A stretch of DNA of 64,000 nt, taken from the IMG/VR virus record IMGVR_UViG_3300021387_000075; one strand, given 5' to 3'. The notes beneath the pieces were generated by a model. It made no database searches. It worked only from the letters and a program-made list of their open reading frames with translations, and had not been told where the DNA came from. The stretch is from a virus (taxonomy: Duplodnaviria > Caudoviricetes). This document shows, in pieces, positions 12,901-27,500 of this stretch. How positions within the stretch are numbered: position 1 is the first letter of the stretch; every line of letters starts with the position of its first letter. The translations under genes and the position numbers were made by a program.

Positions 12901-15900
12901 CTGGCGAATATGTAACGATTGCCGCGCAAAATCTCCTGGATAACGCTCAAGTATTTGAATAGTATATTGTTTCTTCTTTTAATACTAATGCAGAACGTAT
13001 TAAAGCTTTAACAGAAACCCATAAAAATTAGTATGCTAATAGTCGAGTAGAAAATTATGGTAAGGTTGCTGGCGTTGAATCTTTCGCCTATGAAGATTTG
13101 TTAAATTATATTAGTAAAACTGAGGGATTTGGTTTTTTAGATGAAAATAGTATAGAAGATGAAATAACGAAGTTTGGTTTAGCCTTTGATTCTATGGGCA
13201 ATGTTATCATTGAGAATTATGATTTATGGATTACTAAATTAGAATCAGAAGTTAAAGTATTAGCTGCTAGTGGAGCGAAGTAGCAAGAATTAAATCATGC
13301 TCAAGCATTATTAGAGAAAACAAGAAATGCACAAGAATAGGCGATCGCTACTGGTTTTGATAATATACTAAAGGATTCTTCCAATATTAGTATTGAATCA
13401 GTGGAAAAACTAGCTAATGCGCTTAACATGAGTTATACAGAATTAACTGGTTATATAAATGAAGCTGGCGAATATGTAGAAGGATATTTAACTAGTAATG
13501 GGAACGGTACTTATTAGTTAGATACAAGCAAACTTCCTGATTTATTATCAAAATTAAATGGTAAAGTATCTCAAGCTACTGCTGAAGCAATTGAAAAATC
13601 CATTAGCTCTATCGGTGATGCTTACTTATCTAATATTAAAAATACGACTTCTTATACTACAAAAGGAGCTTCCTCTTTAGCTGACGTAGAAACATTTAAA
13701 TAGTCTTATGCTGATATTGTCGGAAAAACATTAAGCGCTGATGCGTTTAGTTATAATTCAGCCTTATAGTCTTTCGTATTAGGCGAAAGCTACATGGATG
13801 AGTATATTAATGCTTAGCGCGAAAAGCTACGTCAATTAAATTACAGTGAAGAATTCATTGATTAGTATATTAAAGATCAAACTGATCGCGCTATTCAAGA
13901 CAGTATTGCTCTGGATGGATTCTTAAATGCGACTACAAGTACAGAAAGAAATGATGAAGCCAATAAGTTAATTTAGTAGATTAGGGGATTGAGTAATTAC
14001 AAAGATTTATTTACTCAAGATTCTTCTCTTATTCAAAAATTAAAAGATCATCATTTTGATGAAGAGAGTTTTAGTCGAGATTGGGAGCAATATTAGGAAC
14101 AATATGATTTACTAATTCTTGAAACTCTTGAATCCGGCGGCCAAGCCGCGGTTGATTTATTAAAGCAAATTAAACCCGATGCTTCTTAGGAAGAATTTAA
14201 GGCAGCATTTAATTCTTAGATAAATAAATTAAATGATGCTATGTCTCAAGTGGGGGATTTAGTCGCGGGTTAGTTTATCGGCACAGAAGGAAAGTTGTAT
14301 GATATACTTTTCCGCGCAGGCGCAGTTGATGTTAATGGAGTGGTACAGGCAGGTTTCAGCATGGTCGAGGTTTATGCTGCAATTTATGCTGAAATGTCCA
14401 GAACCGCTGGCGCAACCACTGCTGGCCTAAATGATGCCTATGCACAATTATTAACTGCTCAAGATCAGACTAATATTGATATTACTGAGGCATTAAAAAA
14501 TGGTAATGGTATGTCTTATGCTGATTTTGGTAATCTTCTTGCTAAATATGATATTAAGTTTGAAGATTATATGACATAGCATTATGATGCTGTTATGCGC
14601 GATGGTTTTGGTAATATTCGTATTACTGATTGGAATGCATTTGCAAAGAGTATTTGGGGAAACAATTTAGATTAGGTTAAAAATACGTAGGAATATATCA
14701 GTGCATTTAAGGCATATAATGATGGGCTTATTGAGTTAAATAAAAATACAGAAGATGCTATAGTTGAAGAAATTAAGTAGATTGAAAGTGCAAAGACAGG
14801 AGATTGGCTAAATTTAAGTGAATTTGGAACACAGTATTATAATGCTCTGGAAAAGTCTACTAATATAAATGATTATCTTAACAAAGGCTATGGCTTTGGA
14901 CTAGCTGCTGGAATGGCTGACTCTGCAAAAAAAGATAATGCAAAGATTTTTGATAATTTAAATTCTTAGTTACATCAATGGGGTGCATCATTTGAAGATG
15001 GTATTCTTAAAATTGGTGATAACGCTAATTTACTAGGTATTGCTTAGACACTTGAGTAGGCCGCTCAATAGGCAGGTTTAGAGCTTGGTAATGGATTAGA
15101 AGAAGTTAAAGATGCTGTATTAAATGTACTTAAATCTTATACCGACGCCATTATTCAGGGTATTAAAGGCGGATTATCTAATACCGATGCCTCTAATTTA
15201 ATTAAAATGGCAGATAATTTAGGAGTAAAAAATCTGCATTTTGAGCAAACAACTGAGGGACTAAAATTATCTCAAGCGTCGGCTATTGAGCTATATCAAA
15301 CTATTAGTAAAATTGATAATCTTTAGGGGCAATTAGTATTTGATGAATTATCTAAATCCTTAGCAGAAAATAATGAGAATTTTACTTCTACTAATGCATT
15401 ATTAAGTCATATGGTTGATTTACGCAAGAAACTTGCTGGTGTAGATGGTGAGATTTCAGATGCTCGTCGTAAATAGTATGAAGCTGAATTAGAGGTTGCA
15501 AAAGAAATTGTTGCTGTACGTAGTGGCGGAGAGGATGACTCTTTTAACTTTATGGATAATGATATTCCTGGTGGCCAAAAGAATATGATCAATTATGCAA
15601 AGAATTGGTCAGAAGCTATGAAAGCCATTAATAATGCATATAAAGTTAAAAATACTAAATATCGTGACGCTACTAAAAATACTGCGACTGGTTATATGGA
15701 TTATACTGATTTCTATAATATTGTTAATGAACTTAATAATATGGCCGGTTTAATGGGAAAGACAGTAACAGTAGGTAAGACTATTTAGGGTGAGGCATTA
15801 ACTTTAGATGGTTCATTAGAATCTGCGTCTGCATTAATTACTAAGGGAATTGAAACAATTACCGCTGTAGATACTGGCGACATGATGGTCAATATCGGCG

Positions 15901-18900
15901 CATTAGGTATCAATCTTTCTAAAGGAGCGAGTGATTTAAACAGCGGTATTTAGGATGGCATAAAAGAAGTAGCAAAAGCATAGATTTCTGCTTTAGATGG
16001 CATGATTGCCATGTTAGAACTTATTGTCGCTATGGAATCTTTAGGTGATATAGCCGGAGAAGATATGACCATTGATTTACCTGATATTGTAGTTGATGAT
16101 GATAATGATGGAAAGTTTGATAGATTAACTGATAAATATAAAGATTGGTTGACTAAATTTGATTAGCTATATGAAACTAATGAAGATATTAGAAAAGTAG
16201 TTGATGGCATTAATATCAATGGCATGACTTGGCGTGATTGGTTGAAAAGAGACGCAAAAGAATGGTCTAATGCTGATGCCTAGATTTTAGATGCTTTATA
16301 TTAGGCTGCAATTAGTACTGATTGGAATTTAGATGATATTGGAGGCAGCTTACAGAAACTTCTAAATAGTGGAAAATTTGGAGAATTAACGGATAGCTTT
16401 ACAATTGATATTGGTGATATTACCTATACAATTTCAAATGGAGCCGTAGTTGAAGTAGCTGATTGGAGTAATGAGCAAACTTAGAATGTACTAGCATAGT
16501 ATAAGAAAGCTACAGGAAAAGATGATTAGCATGCAAAACAAGATATAATTTCTGCAATTGAAAGCTATTTAAAAGGTAAAGGTACCGGTAATAAAGATAT
16601 TGAAGTTAAAGATGTTATTAAAATTAAACACTCTTCAGTTATTAAAACAAATAAAGAAGGCAAAGATGTAGTAGTTGTAGATGGTAAAGAATATACAGAA
16701 GGGAGTACTCAGTGGCAAGCTACATTAGAAAAGACTATTCTTAGTGATTAGGATGGAATTGATCCTAAAAATATTCATACTGATTATAAGACAGGAGAAG
16801 CTACAGCAACAGTAACATATGGAATAAAGACTTCAACTAAATTTACTGTAGATGCAGATGCTGATAGTGGAGAAGTAACTTGGAATGTAGCAGCAGATGA
16901 TCCCTTAGCTAAATATGCTGATCCAAATAAGAAATATAGTTCTTAGTCAGAAATATTAAAAGATATTTATAAGAATTTAAATACTGAAGCAACTTCTGGC
17001 AATACGGAAGCATAGGAAATATTAGGAAATGATTCCGGTAGTTTTGAAAAATTTATTTATGCTCATTATGGAATTCACCTTAAAGTTAAGACTGAAGTAT
17101 ATAAAGATGGCAACTAGGTAGAAGATCCCACTAAAGATCCTAAATTTAGAGATGCCGCTAAAAATGCTTTAAATAATATTGAAGATGCCATTAACACAAA
17201 ATTATCAGATAATGGCGAAGGTAAAACTACAATTACATTAGATAATGGATATACTATTCAAGTTGATACGGATGATATTACTGTCGATGGTGACGTTAAA
17301 CCTGAATTGGTAGCAGCTAAAATTCAAGAAAGTATGGGTTTAGACGCAGCTTTAAGAGATACAATTTCTGCCGGTATTAAAGACGCATTTATGTCCTTGC
17401 CCGAAGCCATTAATTCAATCGAACCTACTAAAATTACTTCTGTATCCGAAGCTTTAAATGGCATTACTACAGCACTTAGTGCAGTAGTTGGAGATTCTAA
17501 TTGGGCTGCTTTAATTGCTTAGTTAGAGAATGTAGCTAATGCCGCGGCGAATATTAAATTACCGACTTTTGATGGAAACAATGGACCGGAAACACCTTCA
17601 ACACCGACACCTAGTAGTACTCCTAGTGGTTAGAGCGCTCAGACACCGGTGCCAGGCCCACCCGTGAATATGGGCGAAGCCGAAGGTGCGGCAGATGAAT
17701 CACCCGAAATCGGTGAAAATATTTCATTAGGTTTAGCTGAAGGACTTACTGCAGCACTATCGAGTATTCTTTCCGCAGTTTCAGATATAGCAACTTAGCT
17801 TATTACAACATTAGAAAATTAGACAGGCGTACATTCTCCTTCTACTTTAACTGATGCAATTGGCTAGAATATTGATGCTGGCTTAATACAAGGCTTAGAT
17901 GCATAGTAGGGAGCAATTGTTGAAAAAGGTACAGCTATTGGTACTGCAGTAATTGAAGCTATTAATACAGCCGTTACTGAAGGTATGACAACTTTATCTG
18001 AAGGTATTGCAGAAGCAGTTGAATCTGTTGACAAATCTTATACTGAATTAGAAACAAAGACTGAACAGGTTGCGGGCTCTATTCGTTCACACTGGGAAGC
18101 CTTAGTCAACCAGATTACTGCCGCGGTTACATTAATTCAAGGCTTGGTATAGAGTTTATAGGAAAAGATTTCTATTACTTGGACTATTAGTAGTGGAGAT
18201 GGAAAGACGGATTTATCGGGTTCTGGTAGTGGCATTGATAAGAATGCGGAACGTGAGGTTACTGCCTTAACTGAATATATAGATTAGACATTGGCTTCCA
18301 TGGACAAGCTAGAAAACGGTACCTATAAAGTAACAATGCCTGATCTTCAAGTAAGTGTTGGTAAAATTACTCCTGATGTATCAGCTGCTGAAATGGCTGA
18401 TGTAGATACCTTTGCAGAGCCCTTGACGGTTTAGTTCGCTAAAGCTAAAATTAAAAAATTAGCAGATCCGTTGGATTTAACAACCATTCATGATTTGGGC
18501 TAGTAGTCATTACCCGAAGATGCATTCATGACAATAAGCGATGGTGTAAAAGCTGTTCCGACTAGCTTATCACTTTCTCTTGACGGTGCTTCGAATGTTA
18601 GCATAGATGAGTCTACTCCTGTTGTTCTTAGCGAACCAATTAAAATTCCTGCAGAGGTAGATACAACTGATGCAGAAACTGATATTTCTACTTTAAAGAC
18701 TAAGATTGGAGAAATTAAATAGGAAAGTACGCCTAAAATTTTAGTTGATATAAATCCTGCTATAAGAGTACTTAACGCGCTAATTCGAGCAATTGATAAG
18801 ATTAAGTAGAAAAAGGTTCCTCAAATTACAATTGATACAGCAGTTGCTAAGGCTAATTTAAATGAAATTATTGACATATTAGATACAATTATTGAGAAGG

Positions 18901-21900
18901 CTTAGTCACTAATAATTGCAATTGGTACTGCCGAAGAAACAAATAAAACTTCTAAGTTAATTGAAACAATAATGAATGATCTTATTATCATTGACGATAA
19001 AAAGAATATTCCAATTTCAATTACATTGGGCGATGTTGATGATTTAATAGATAAGTTATAGAAAATTGCAGCGGCATTAAAAGAAATTGCTGGAAATGCT
19101 AATACACCTATTGATATAGGGGCTCCGGAGGAAGAAACACCTAAGGGGAAGGAAGGGGAGACTCCTGAGAGTGAAACACCTGAGGGAGAAAATCCTGATA
19201 CCAATGATTAGAATAATACTAATTAGCATCGTACTCAAAGTGAAGAATTACCTTCTCAATCAGAAGAATCTTCAGAACTAACACCAATAAAGAAAATTAC
19301 AGATGAAAGCGCTGATGCATTTGCAGAAGCAACTAGTAAAGCTGCAGAAGGTTTAGATCAACTTAGTAATGCAGGGAATAATGCCGAAAATGCAATTACA
19401 GATATGACGACTGCTAGCCAAGCTGCAAATGAAACATAGGCAACTACGCCTTAGACTGAAGAAACAGTAGAAAAAGTAACGGCTGAACAAGCGACAACGT
19501 CGACATTAAAAGCAGAAAATGCAGAAGCAGCACAAGCTACCACAAAGACAATTAATGCAGAGTCTGGTACAGCAGACAACGTTACTGCTGAAAGTGTAGA
19601 TACTGGTGGAGAATCGGTCAAACTATAGGCCGAGGTGGATACTTCAGCCGCTAACTTAGAAGGATTAAAGGCTAAATATGAAGCTGAAATTTCAAATTAG
19701 CCAGGCGATATGGACGGACTAACAGCACGTTACACAGCAACAGTTTCGGGCCTGCCACCAGATCATATTGAAGGCACTGTTCATTATAGCGCAACATATG
19801 ATGGTGCTAAAGCTCATGGTAACTTTGGTCTCGCCTCTGGCACTCTTGGTCATATAACCGGTCCTGCTCATGCTCGAAGTACTCTTATGGGCGAGCTTGG
19901 TCCAGAACTTGTAGTATCTAATGGTCGTTACTTCGTAGTTGGTCAAAATGGCGCAGAAATGGTTGACCTAGACAAAGATGCAATTGTCTTCAATCATTTA
20001 CAAACTGAGCAGCTTTTAAAGAATGGGATGTCTAAAGAACGTGGCCGTGCTGTTACCAACGAGCGTAATGCGGTTGCATTTGCTAAAGGTAATATTAGCG
20101 GTGGCCCGGCTATGGCATCTGCATCTGCAGCCCTGTCAGCCTTAAAGCAACTTCGCTCTATGTGGCAATCTCTATTAAGCGCAACTGCAAAAGACCTTGC
20201 TGGTCTCGGTGGATCCGGCGGTGGTGGCGGTGGCGGAAAAGATAAAGGAGGTAAGGGCAGCGATGCTAGCCGTAAATCCTTTATTGAAGACGTTGAACGC
20301 TGGTATAACTTAATGCAAGAAATTGCTAAGTTGGAAAAGGTAATTAATCATGAAGAAACTCTTCGTGCGAAATTAGAGGGCGATTTGCATAAAAATGGTA
20401 GTGCTTATTATAAGAGTTAGAAAGAATCGCTTTCTGCCATTCAGAGTGAGATTAAAGCTCAAGAAGAATTAAATATTTCTCGGCGTGAATACTTTAATCA
20501 GAGGCGCAAGCAGCTAAATAAAGATAATGGACCATTTAATCAACTTTATGAGTTTGATGAACAGGGACAATTAAAGCATAAAAATAATACAAAGATTAAA
20601 GGTTCCAAAGCAACTAGTGGATATGAATTCTTAGCGGACTTAATGGCGCTAGATCCCAATACTGGTAAACCTAAATATACCGTTGAATAGCAATATAAGA
20701 TATTGAAAAAAGCTGGTTTCGAGAAGTATATGAAATATGACTCTTCCGGTAATGAAATTAAGCTTGGTGGAACTGATAGTGATGATGGTCCATCTGAAGA
20801 TGATTACAATACTTATTATAGTAGCATGGTACAGGCTTTTTGGGATCGAGTGGAAGCGCAGAAAACCGAAATGCAAACATTATATGATAGTGTAGCTGAA
20901 GGTGAAAATAATTTACTTGAACTAGAATAGCAGCGCAATGAACTCTTACAAGCCATGTATGACAATTAGAAAGAACTAGAAAATTCAGTTTTAAACGCAA
21001 TTGAGGACATGAAGCAACGTGAAATTGATGCTTTATAGGATGAGCGTGATAAGCTAGAAGAGGCTACTGGCAAGTATATTGAAGGTTTAAGCGAAGCATT
21101 AGATAAAGAGCGTGAGATGTATGATACTCAATAGAATCAAAACGAGCTTGATACCAAGAAACGCCGCTTAGGTATCTTATAGCGGTCAGGCGCGAGCGCA
21201 GAAGATATTTATTCGCTTCAAAAGGAAATTACCGAATCTGAAAAGAATATGTATTTCGATACTCAACAAGCGCAGATTGACGCAATTCAGTAGGCTTCTG
21301 ATTTGGAAATTGAACGCTTGGATAATCAAATTTAGATTATGCAAGACACGCTAGATTTCTAGAAAGAAATGGGATTGCTATGGTATTAGGTTTATGATGT
21401 AATGGGTAAATCTAATGCAGAAATTACTCAGTTTGTAATGGGTAATGATTCATAGTTCTGGAGCAAATCTCCATTAGAAAGTGCCCAAACTTATGAAGAT
21501 ACTATGTTTAAGGCAAGTCAATGGACTGATTTTAGAAAGGATCAAGTAGCTATGGCTACAAATAAGAAAATAGATGAGTAGACTGAAGCATTAAAAGAAG
21601 CTTTATCTTGGGATTAGAAAACTTAGACTGCCGATGCCTTTAATACCTATGCGGGAACAATGGCTAAAAAGCATGGTGAAGATTGGGATAAAACTGGAAA
21701 ATATAAAGATATCTTTGAAAAAACGTTTAAAGACACTGGTGATAGAACTAAGGCCGCAACCGCTGCATCTGAAGCTTTTGAAAAAGATGAAAAGTGGAGA
21801 TAGCGTGAAAAAAATGGTGGTAAGAAATTTATTGGTACTAAGGAATATGAATATATTCCTATTGATGATACTTATCACTGGACTTATAAATATAAGTATT

Positions 21901-22700
21901 AGAAGTATGGCGGCCTAAGTGCTGAGCATTAGGGTAAAACTGAATGGTTCTTTGTTTCTAAGAAAAAAGAAAAGCATGAATGGGAAAAAGGTAAGTGTAA
22001 ATTATGTAAACGTAAAAAGCCGAAGGAAACCGCATCATCTAGCGGTGGCGACAACGACTGGTCACCAAGTAATTGTAATGACAGCTGTTCAGGGGCTTGT
22101 AAGGGCTCTGGAGAAGGTGGAACGGGATGCTCTAAGAATTGCGCGAATGGGTGCAGTGGAGGATGTAAGACGGGATGCTAGAACACATGTACCAATTCAT
22201 GTAAAAACAGTTGTTAGGGTGGTCCTAATGATAAAGATAATCCTTCTAAATATGCTGGTACTAGTAATACATGTAAAGCTGGATGTATAGGAACATGTGC
22301 GGGATATACTGGTTCAAAAGCATCCGGCGGATATGTAGGCCACGGTATTTATGAACTTGGTGAGCGAGGTACAGAAACAGTTCTTACTGCCTAGCAAACC
22401 CGTGTTCTTCGTAATAATATTCTTTCTAATAAACCAAGTTCTCTTGTATCGTTATTAAAAACTTATAACGAGGGCTTCTCAATGAACTAGAGATATGGTG
22501 TATTAAAAAGCGTTGGTGAGAGTATATCCTCTACAACTAATAATACATCTGGAGGAATTACTATTGAAAATGCCACGGTTAATATGAATATCCAAAAGAT
22601 AGCCAATGATTATGATGCTAAGCGCGCTGGCGAACAGGCATTAAATGAAATGCTTCGTATTGCTAATAAAACAAGCGCGGCAAATAACATAAGGAGGTAA
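6999..22700 (+). CDS. Giant tail tape measure protein, about 5,233 aa (TAG-recoded)
   Basis: Twelve track fragments (9537, 9963, 10257, 11331, 12294, 13098, 14295, 15552, 17307, 18528, 19710, 20703) share one frame. The gaps I translated contain only TAG stops (not every gap was checked). TP901-type core at about 8.5-9.4 kb (VKELDATITEIAIVT, LYYQ*GL, ATRESAENIGSAMKSIISRY) and C-terminal GELGPE/GERGTE motifs; ends TAA 22698-22700. Confidence 0.85.
22074..22298 (+). repeat. CxxxC repeat inside the tape measure C-terminal region
   Basis: CNDSCSGACKG...CSKNCANGCSGGCKTGC*NTCTNSCKNSC*GG...TCKAGCIGTC; 14 Cys, mostly every 4th residue. Confidence 0.85.
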
Positions 22701-22708
22701 AAGGAGTA

Positions 22709-24547
22709 ATGGCAGATTATAACGTATTAGTGGGGGAAGAGACGGAACATCCAGTTCCGTTTTCTACCCAAGTTTATAAAGTAACTCATAATGGAAACAA
22801 ACGGCTTCCTTTTTTGAGACGCTCTTTTATTAGTTTTACATACGGCGAGGACGCCTCCGGGCGTCCCGTCCCAATTGAAGACTTTAATCTAATATCAACA
22901 TTTGATGGAGATCGTTTATCTAGACAAGCTTATGCCTCCTTTAATGACCTAACATCAAATTATGATGTTATACATGGGCAATTCTTTTGGGGGAGTTATT
23001 ATACCAATAACTCCCTTACCTTTAAACTTGCAACTGACGAAATGTCTCAGGAGGATTTGGATAGGTTTAAGTATTGGTTTAAAGCAGGGACAGTTCGTGA
23101 GTTAGTCTTAGCCGAACATCCAAATCGCGCTATAATGGCACGTGTAGCATAGCCACCGGAAATAGATTTATTGCCATTTGAAAAGCGTGTAACTGTACAC
23201 CTAAAAGAAAAGGAATTCCAAACTAGTACAACCGTCTATCGCGGCGAAATTACTTTGGAATTAACAATGGATGATCCATTCTGGTATGCGAAATAGAATA
23301 TTTTAGGTATCTAGGATGCTAATGGTAATTATGAAAGTGAGGACTGGGTCGATGCTAACGGCGTACAAACTAGTATTTTAGAATCAGAAGATGCTATTAA
23401 AATTATTTATGAAGATCATATTCCTATTGGCTCTCAAATCAATGTTGGTGTATTCTTGGGCGGTAATCTGTATGCTACACTTATTTATGAACCTTATTCT
23501 CGTGTTGCTACAAAAATTTCAGAGAACGATTACTAGGAGGCCTAGAAAAAAATAACTGGTGATGAAAGATTAAGACGAGCATATTTAGTAGTACCAGAAC
23601 CAGTAATAAATAAAGAGACTGGAGAACAAGAAATTGACCCAGAAACAAATGAGCCCGTAACTTAGCCAGTCTATTATATGGGTGCATATGTAGCTGATGA
23701 AGAAACATGGCAATAGTACGGCGCTTTAGTCGCCGGCGCGCAGGCTGGTCCTTCAAAGAGTGGTGCTTAGGGCATTCCTTTGCCACCTGGAGACAATAAT
23801 CCTGCATATTTATACTATGCTGGAACAGCGCCATCTCCTGTTAAAATGCGTTTTACTCTTAAACCTGAGTTTAATAGTGCTGATTATATAATTACTCCAC
23901 AAAGTAAAATATCTAATCCGGATTAGCCTTATAATACAATTACTCTTGAAGCGACAAATAAGCATGAATTTAAATTTACATTACCTGCTTTTTGGCAAAG
24001 CTATAATTACGTATTATAGATATTTGATAATCGAGATATTATTCGCGTTGGAAACGCTTGGCTTACAGTGCGCGAAACCATTCGTGATACTATTCGTCAT
24101 CCAGCGGTAAGATAGTGGGCGAATTATGTAATAGACCAAAAGGAAAATAATGGAGCAGGTATTATTCTGGAAGAAGATAATATTGAAAGTACAATTACCT
24201 TTTTAAAAGATGGAATGAAGGAAATGCTTATTGAAAATAACAATCCTTATCCTGCTCATTTTACTTTTGACGGTCGTACCGGTGAAGCTATAGGAGAATT
24301 CACTTATAAGACAATTAATGGTAATAAAGAAATTTCCGAAACCACGTCCGTAGAAAATGTCGGAGATATGGTGAAGAGTAGCTACTTAATTTTAGATGAA
24401 AGAAATGTCTTAGATTCCCAGTTCCGCATACAACCATGGAGTGAAAATACTCCACAGTATACATATAAGATTACGCATGATTTGTCTAGAAATGTAGCAG
24501 ACGGACTGGAAGATGTACATTTTGAATTTAAAAATATGTATCTATAA
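22709..24547 (+). CDS. Distal tail (Dit-like) protein, 612 aa (TAG-recoded)
   Basis: Track ORFs 22709 and 24215 are in frame through TAGs. Contains YRGEITLELTMDDPFWY and YAGTAPSP and follows the tape measure. Confidence 0.7.
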
Positions 24548-24570
24548 AAGGAGTAAAAGGAGGAATTTTT

Positions 24571-27500
24571 ATGGCTGAGACTTATAATACAATACGCAGC
24601 TATGAAATTTCTATTTGGACGCTTTAGGACAGGTTTTTATCTGTCCTGAAGTGGGCCAATATGAGTTAGAAAGGGCAATTACAAGATCCGGAAATGACTC
24701 TGCGCGATGACGGTACGGAAGAATTAACTTTTACAATTCCGAAGTTTTATTGGAGTGGGCCGGATAAAATTCCAAACCCTATGTGGCTGCAAGTAAAAAA
24801 AGAGCCAATTGAGGCGAATATGCACAAGTTAAAGGTTATCTTTAACAAAAATGATGAAAATGAACGAGTATTTGAATTTTTAGTTGTATCTGTTGATAGC
24901 GGGCACACTAAGGATGAAGTTGATATTTCTGTAAAAGCAGAAGGGTTAGCATTTCATGAACTTGGAAAAGTCGGATATAAGATTTCTTTATCTCAAACTA
25001 ATTACGAACTCGACTTGGAAGAATGGATTAATAATGGAATGAAAGGCCCGAAACCTGAGGAAACAATTTAGTATTGGAATGATAAGCTGTTTGTAGATGC
25101 ACGCGGAAATTAGCGTACTAATTGGACTTATGAAGTACAAATGGATTGGTCTTCATATAGTCAAGGAAATAGCGCATTAAAAGATCCGCATAAGGTATAT
25201 GAGGATGAATATGTATCTTCATGGCAAGTGGATGAAGAAGATGATACTAAATTGCTTCCTAAATATGTAGAAGGCTATAAAGAAAAGTGGCGGCCAATAG
25301 AAGTCTCAGCTAGTAACTTATATAATATTACATAGCAAATTGCTGAACAATTTGGAGTCTTTTGCCGCTATTAGTATGATTATGATGAAAATTATTAGAT
25401 TATTGGAAGACGAGTTATCTATTACAATAATTATATTAAAGATAAAGAAGGACATATAGATTTAACCTATCCTTATTCATCCACTAGTATTACTCGTAGC
25501 GTAGATAATAGTTAGGTAACAACTAAATTATATGTTCAAAATGTTGATAATGATACGATGGGTACTATTTCTATTATGGAAGTAGACGCCAATAAAAGTA
25601 AAGAAGACTATTTGCTTTGCTTTGATTATATGCGTGATGTAGAAGGTGTAAATGAGGATTAGTATGCTGAAATTGCTAAGTATGAAGCATTAATGCATTA
25701 GTATAATGCTAATCTTATTAAGATACAAGAGCGCATTAGGGTAATTAGTGATTAGTTGGTTGAATTAGAGGCTAAGGCTAAAGTATATGAAAATAGTCTT
25801 GTTGAAGATAGTGAGAGAATAAATGAAGCTCACGCTGAATATATGGGCCTAACAGATGGTCAAGGAGAAGTTAAATATGATACGTCTCGTACTGTAATGG
25901 AAGATAAAACATATGGTAAATATGTTAATCTTTATGTTAATGGTGTAATTCCTAATACGATACATTTATATAAAGAAGCTAATTATACAGCTATGAAAGA
26001 TGAAACATAGTATAAAGGCTTTATTGAAGTATTCACTCCTGATTTAGATGAAACTAAGCAATATGCAATTAGATTACGTAATATTTAGTATGCTGGATTA
26101 AATGCAGGTGATACTATTTATTTAAGCGCGAATCGAAGTCCATATTCTTATTATAAAGATTTAGAAACTTTGTGGACGAATCGGGAAGGGATGGACAAAG
26201 CTAATTTGGAAAAAACAAACAAAACAGTAGAGTTATATAATTGGTATTTAACCGGTTCGCGCGTTGGGTATGGCAAGGTTGGATCCGCAGAAGCGGATGG
26301 ATCTTATGAAGGATTAGCTATTACCGCGCCATTTGATGATCTAGAATTATTAAATAATTTTGCCAATACTCATCCGTTTGTAAGTTGGTCAGTAGATCAT
26401 ATGCGCGCAGGTGTTTCTGAAGATACGAACTATGATGTTGATGCGTTTTTAAATCACGATATTTCTTCTATAAGTGCTGATTTATATTATTTCCAAGACT
26501 ATTTCCTTGATTTGAAATCTTTGTTAAGTGATAAGTTTGAGCGCATGATGGGCCCTGCTTTACGCGAAGGCTATTGGCAACCAGATGATTATCACGATTA
26601 TGGAGATATGTATGAATCTACATTTAAATTAAGTGCTGCACCGGAGGAAAATATTGATTCTAATGACTTAAAGGGATTTATTGAAGGTTCTCTAGTACAA
26701 GCATTGGCGCGAGATGAACAATTATCTCCGCATATGCAAGTTATTTGGGATTGCAATAAGTATTATGATAATGAAACCCCGTTAGTCTATGAATCATCTA
26801 TTAGTGGCAGAAAAGATTAGCATTTAATTGTAGATATAAGTGAAAATTTAGATTTTGTAAAAGATCATTTGGATGACTTATGTTTTATTTATAGTGATCG
26901 CTCGTGTGTATAGACTATTTATGATATTCAAGAGAATAAAGTACCAAATTTTGCTCAGTATTTAAAGAGTTTTCATAATGGCATGTATCCAAATACTGAT
27001 AATAGCGCCGCTGAAGCAGAAACTAGTCATGATTATTATAATAAATTAGTACGTTTAATTGGACTTATATCAGATACAGAAGCGGATGAGAAGGCAAATC
27101 TGGTCAGGGAATATTTTAATGCGATAAAAGCATTGAAAACCACGGCAAAAGAAGTACGTGATGGTAATTAGGAATCGGGAAAAGAAGTGCCTGGCTATGG
27201 TTCAACGCCTTATTATATAGTAGATAAGATATTAACATTAGAAGATTTAACTGCACCTGTTGAAACATTAAAGGCGATTATTGAGCGACTTAGCAATATT
27301 AGCAATGAACTAAGTAAATTAGAAGATGCTTATTCTTCGAAGCTCATGAGCGCGAAGACTGATGAAAAAACTTTTATCGAAGCAGAATTAGCGAAAATTC
27401 AAGCTGCACATGAATATTTAGCTTATGTTGATAGTCAAGTTATGTCTGGTTAGAATACAGATATAACTATTGATGATCCCAATTCAGAAAATTATACTAC

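Noticed and set aside
21603-22290. Track ORFs 21603(-), 21634(+) and 21919(+)
   Set aside because: Alternate-frame or antisense shadows of the recoded tape measure.
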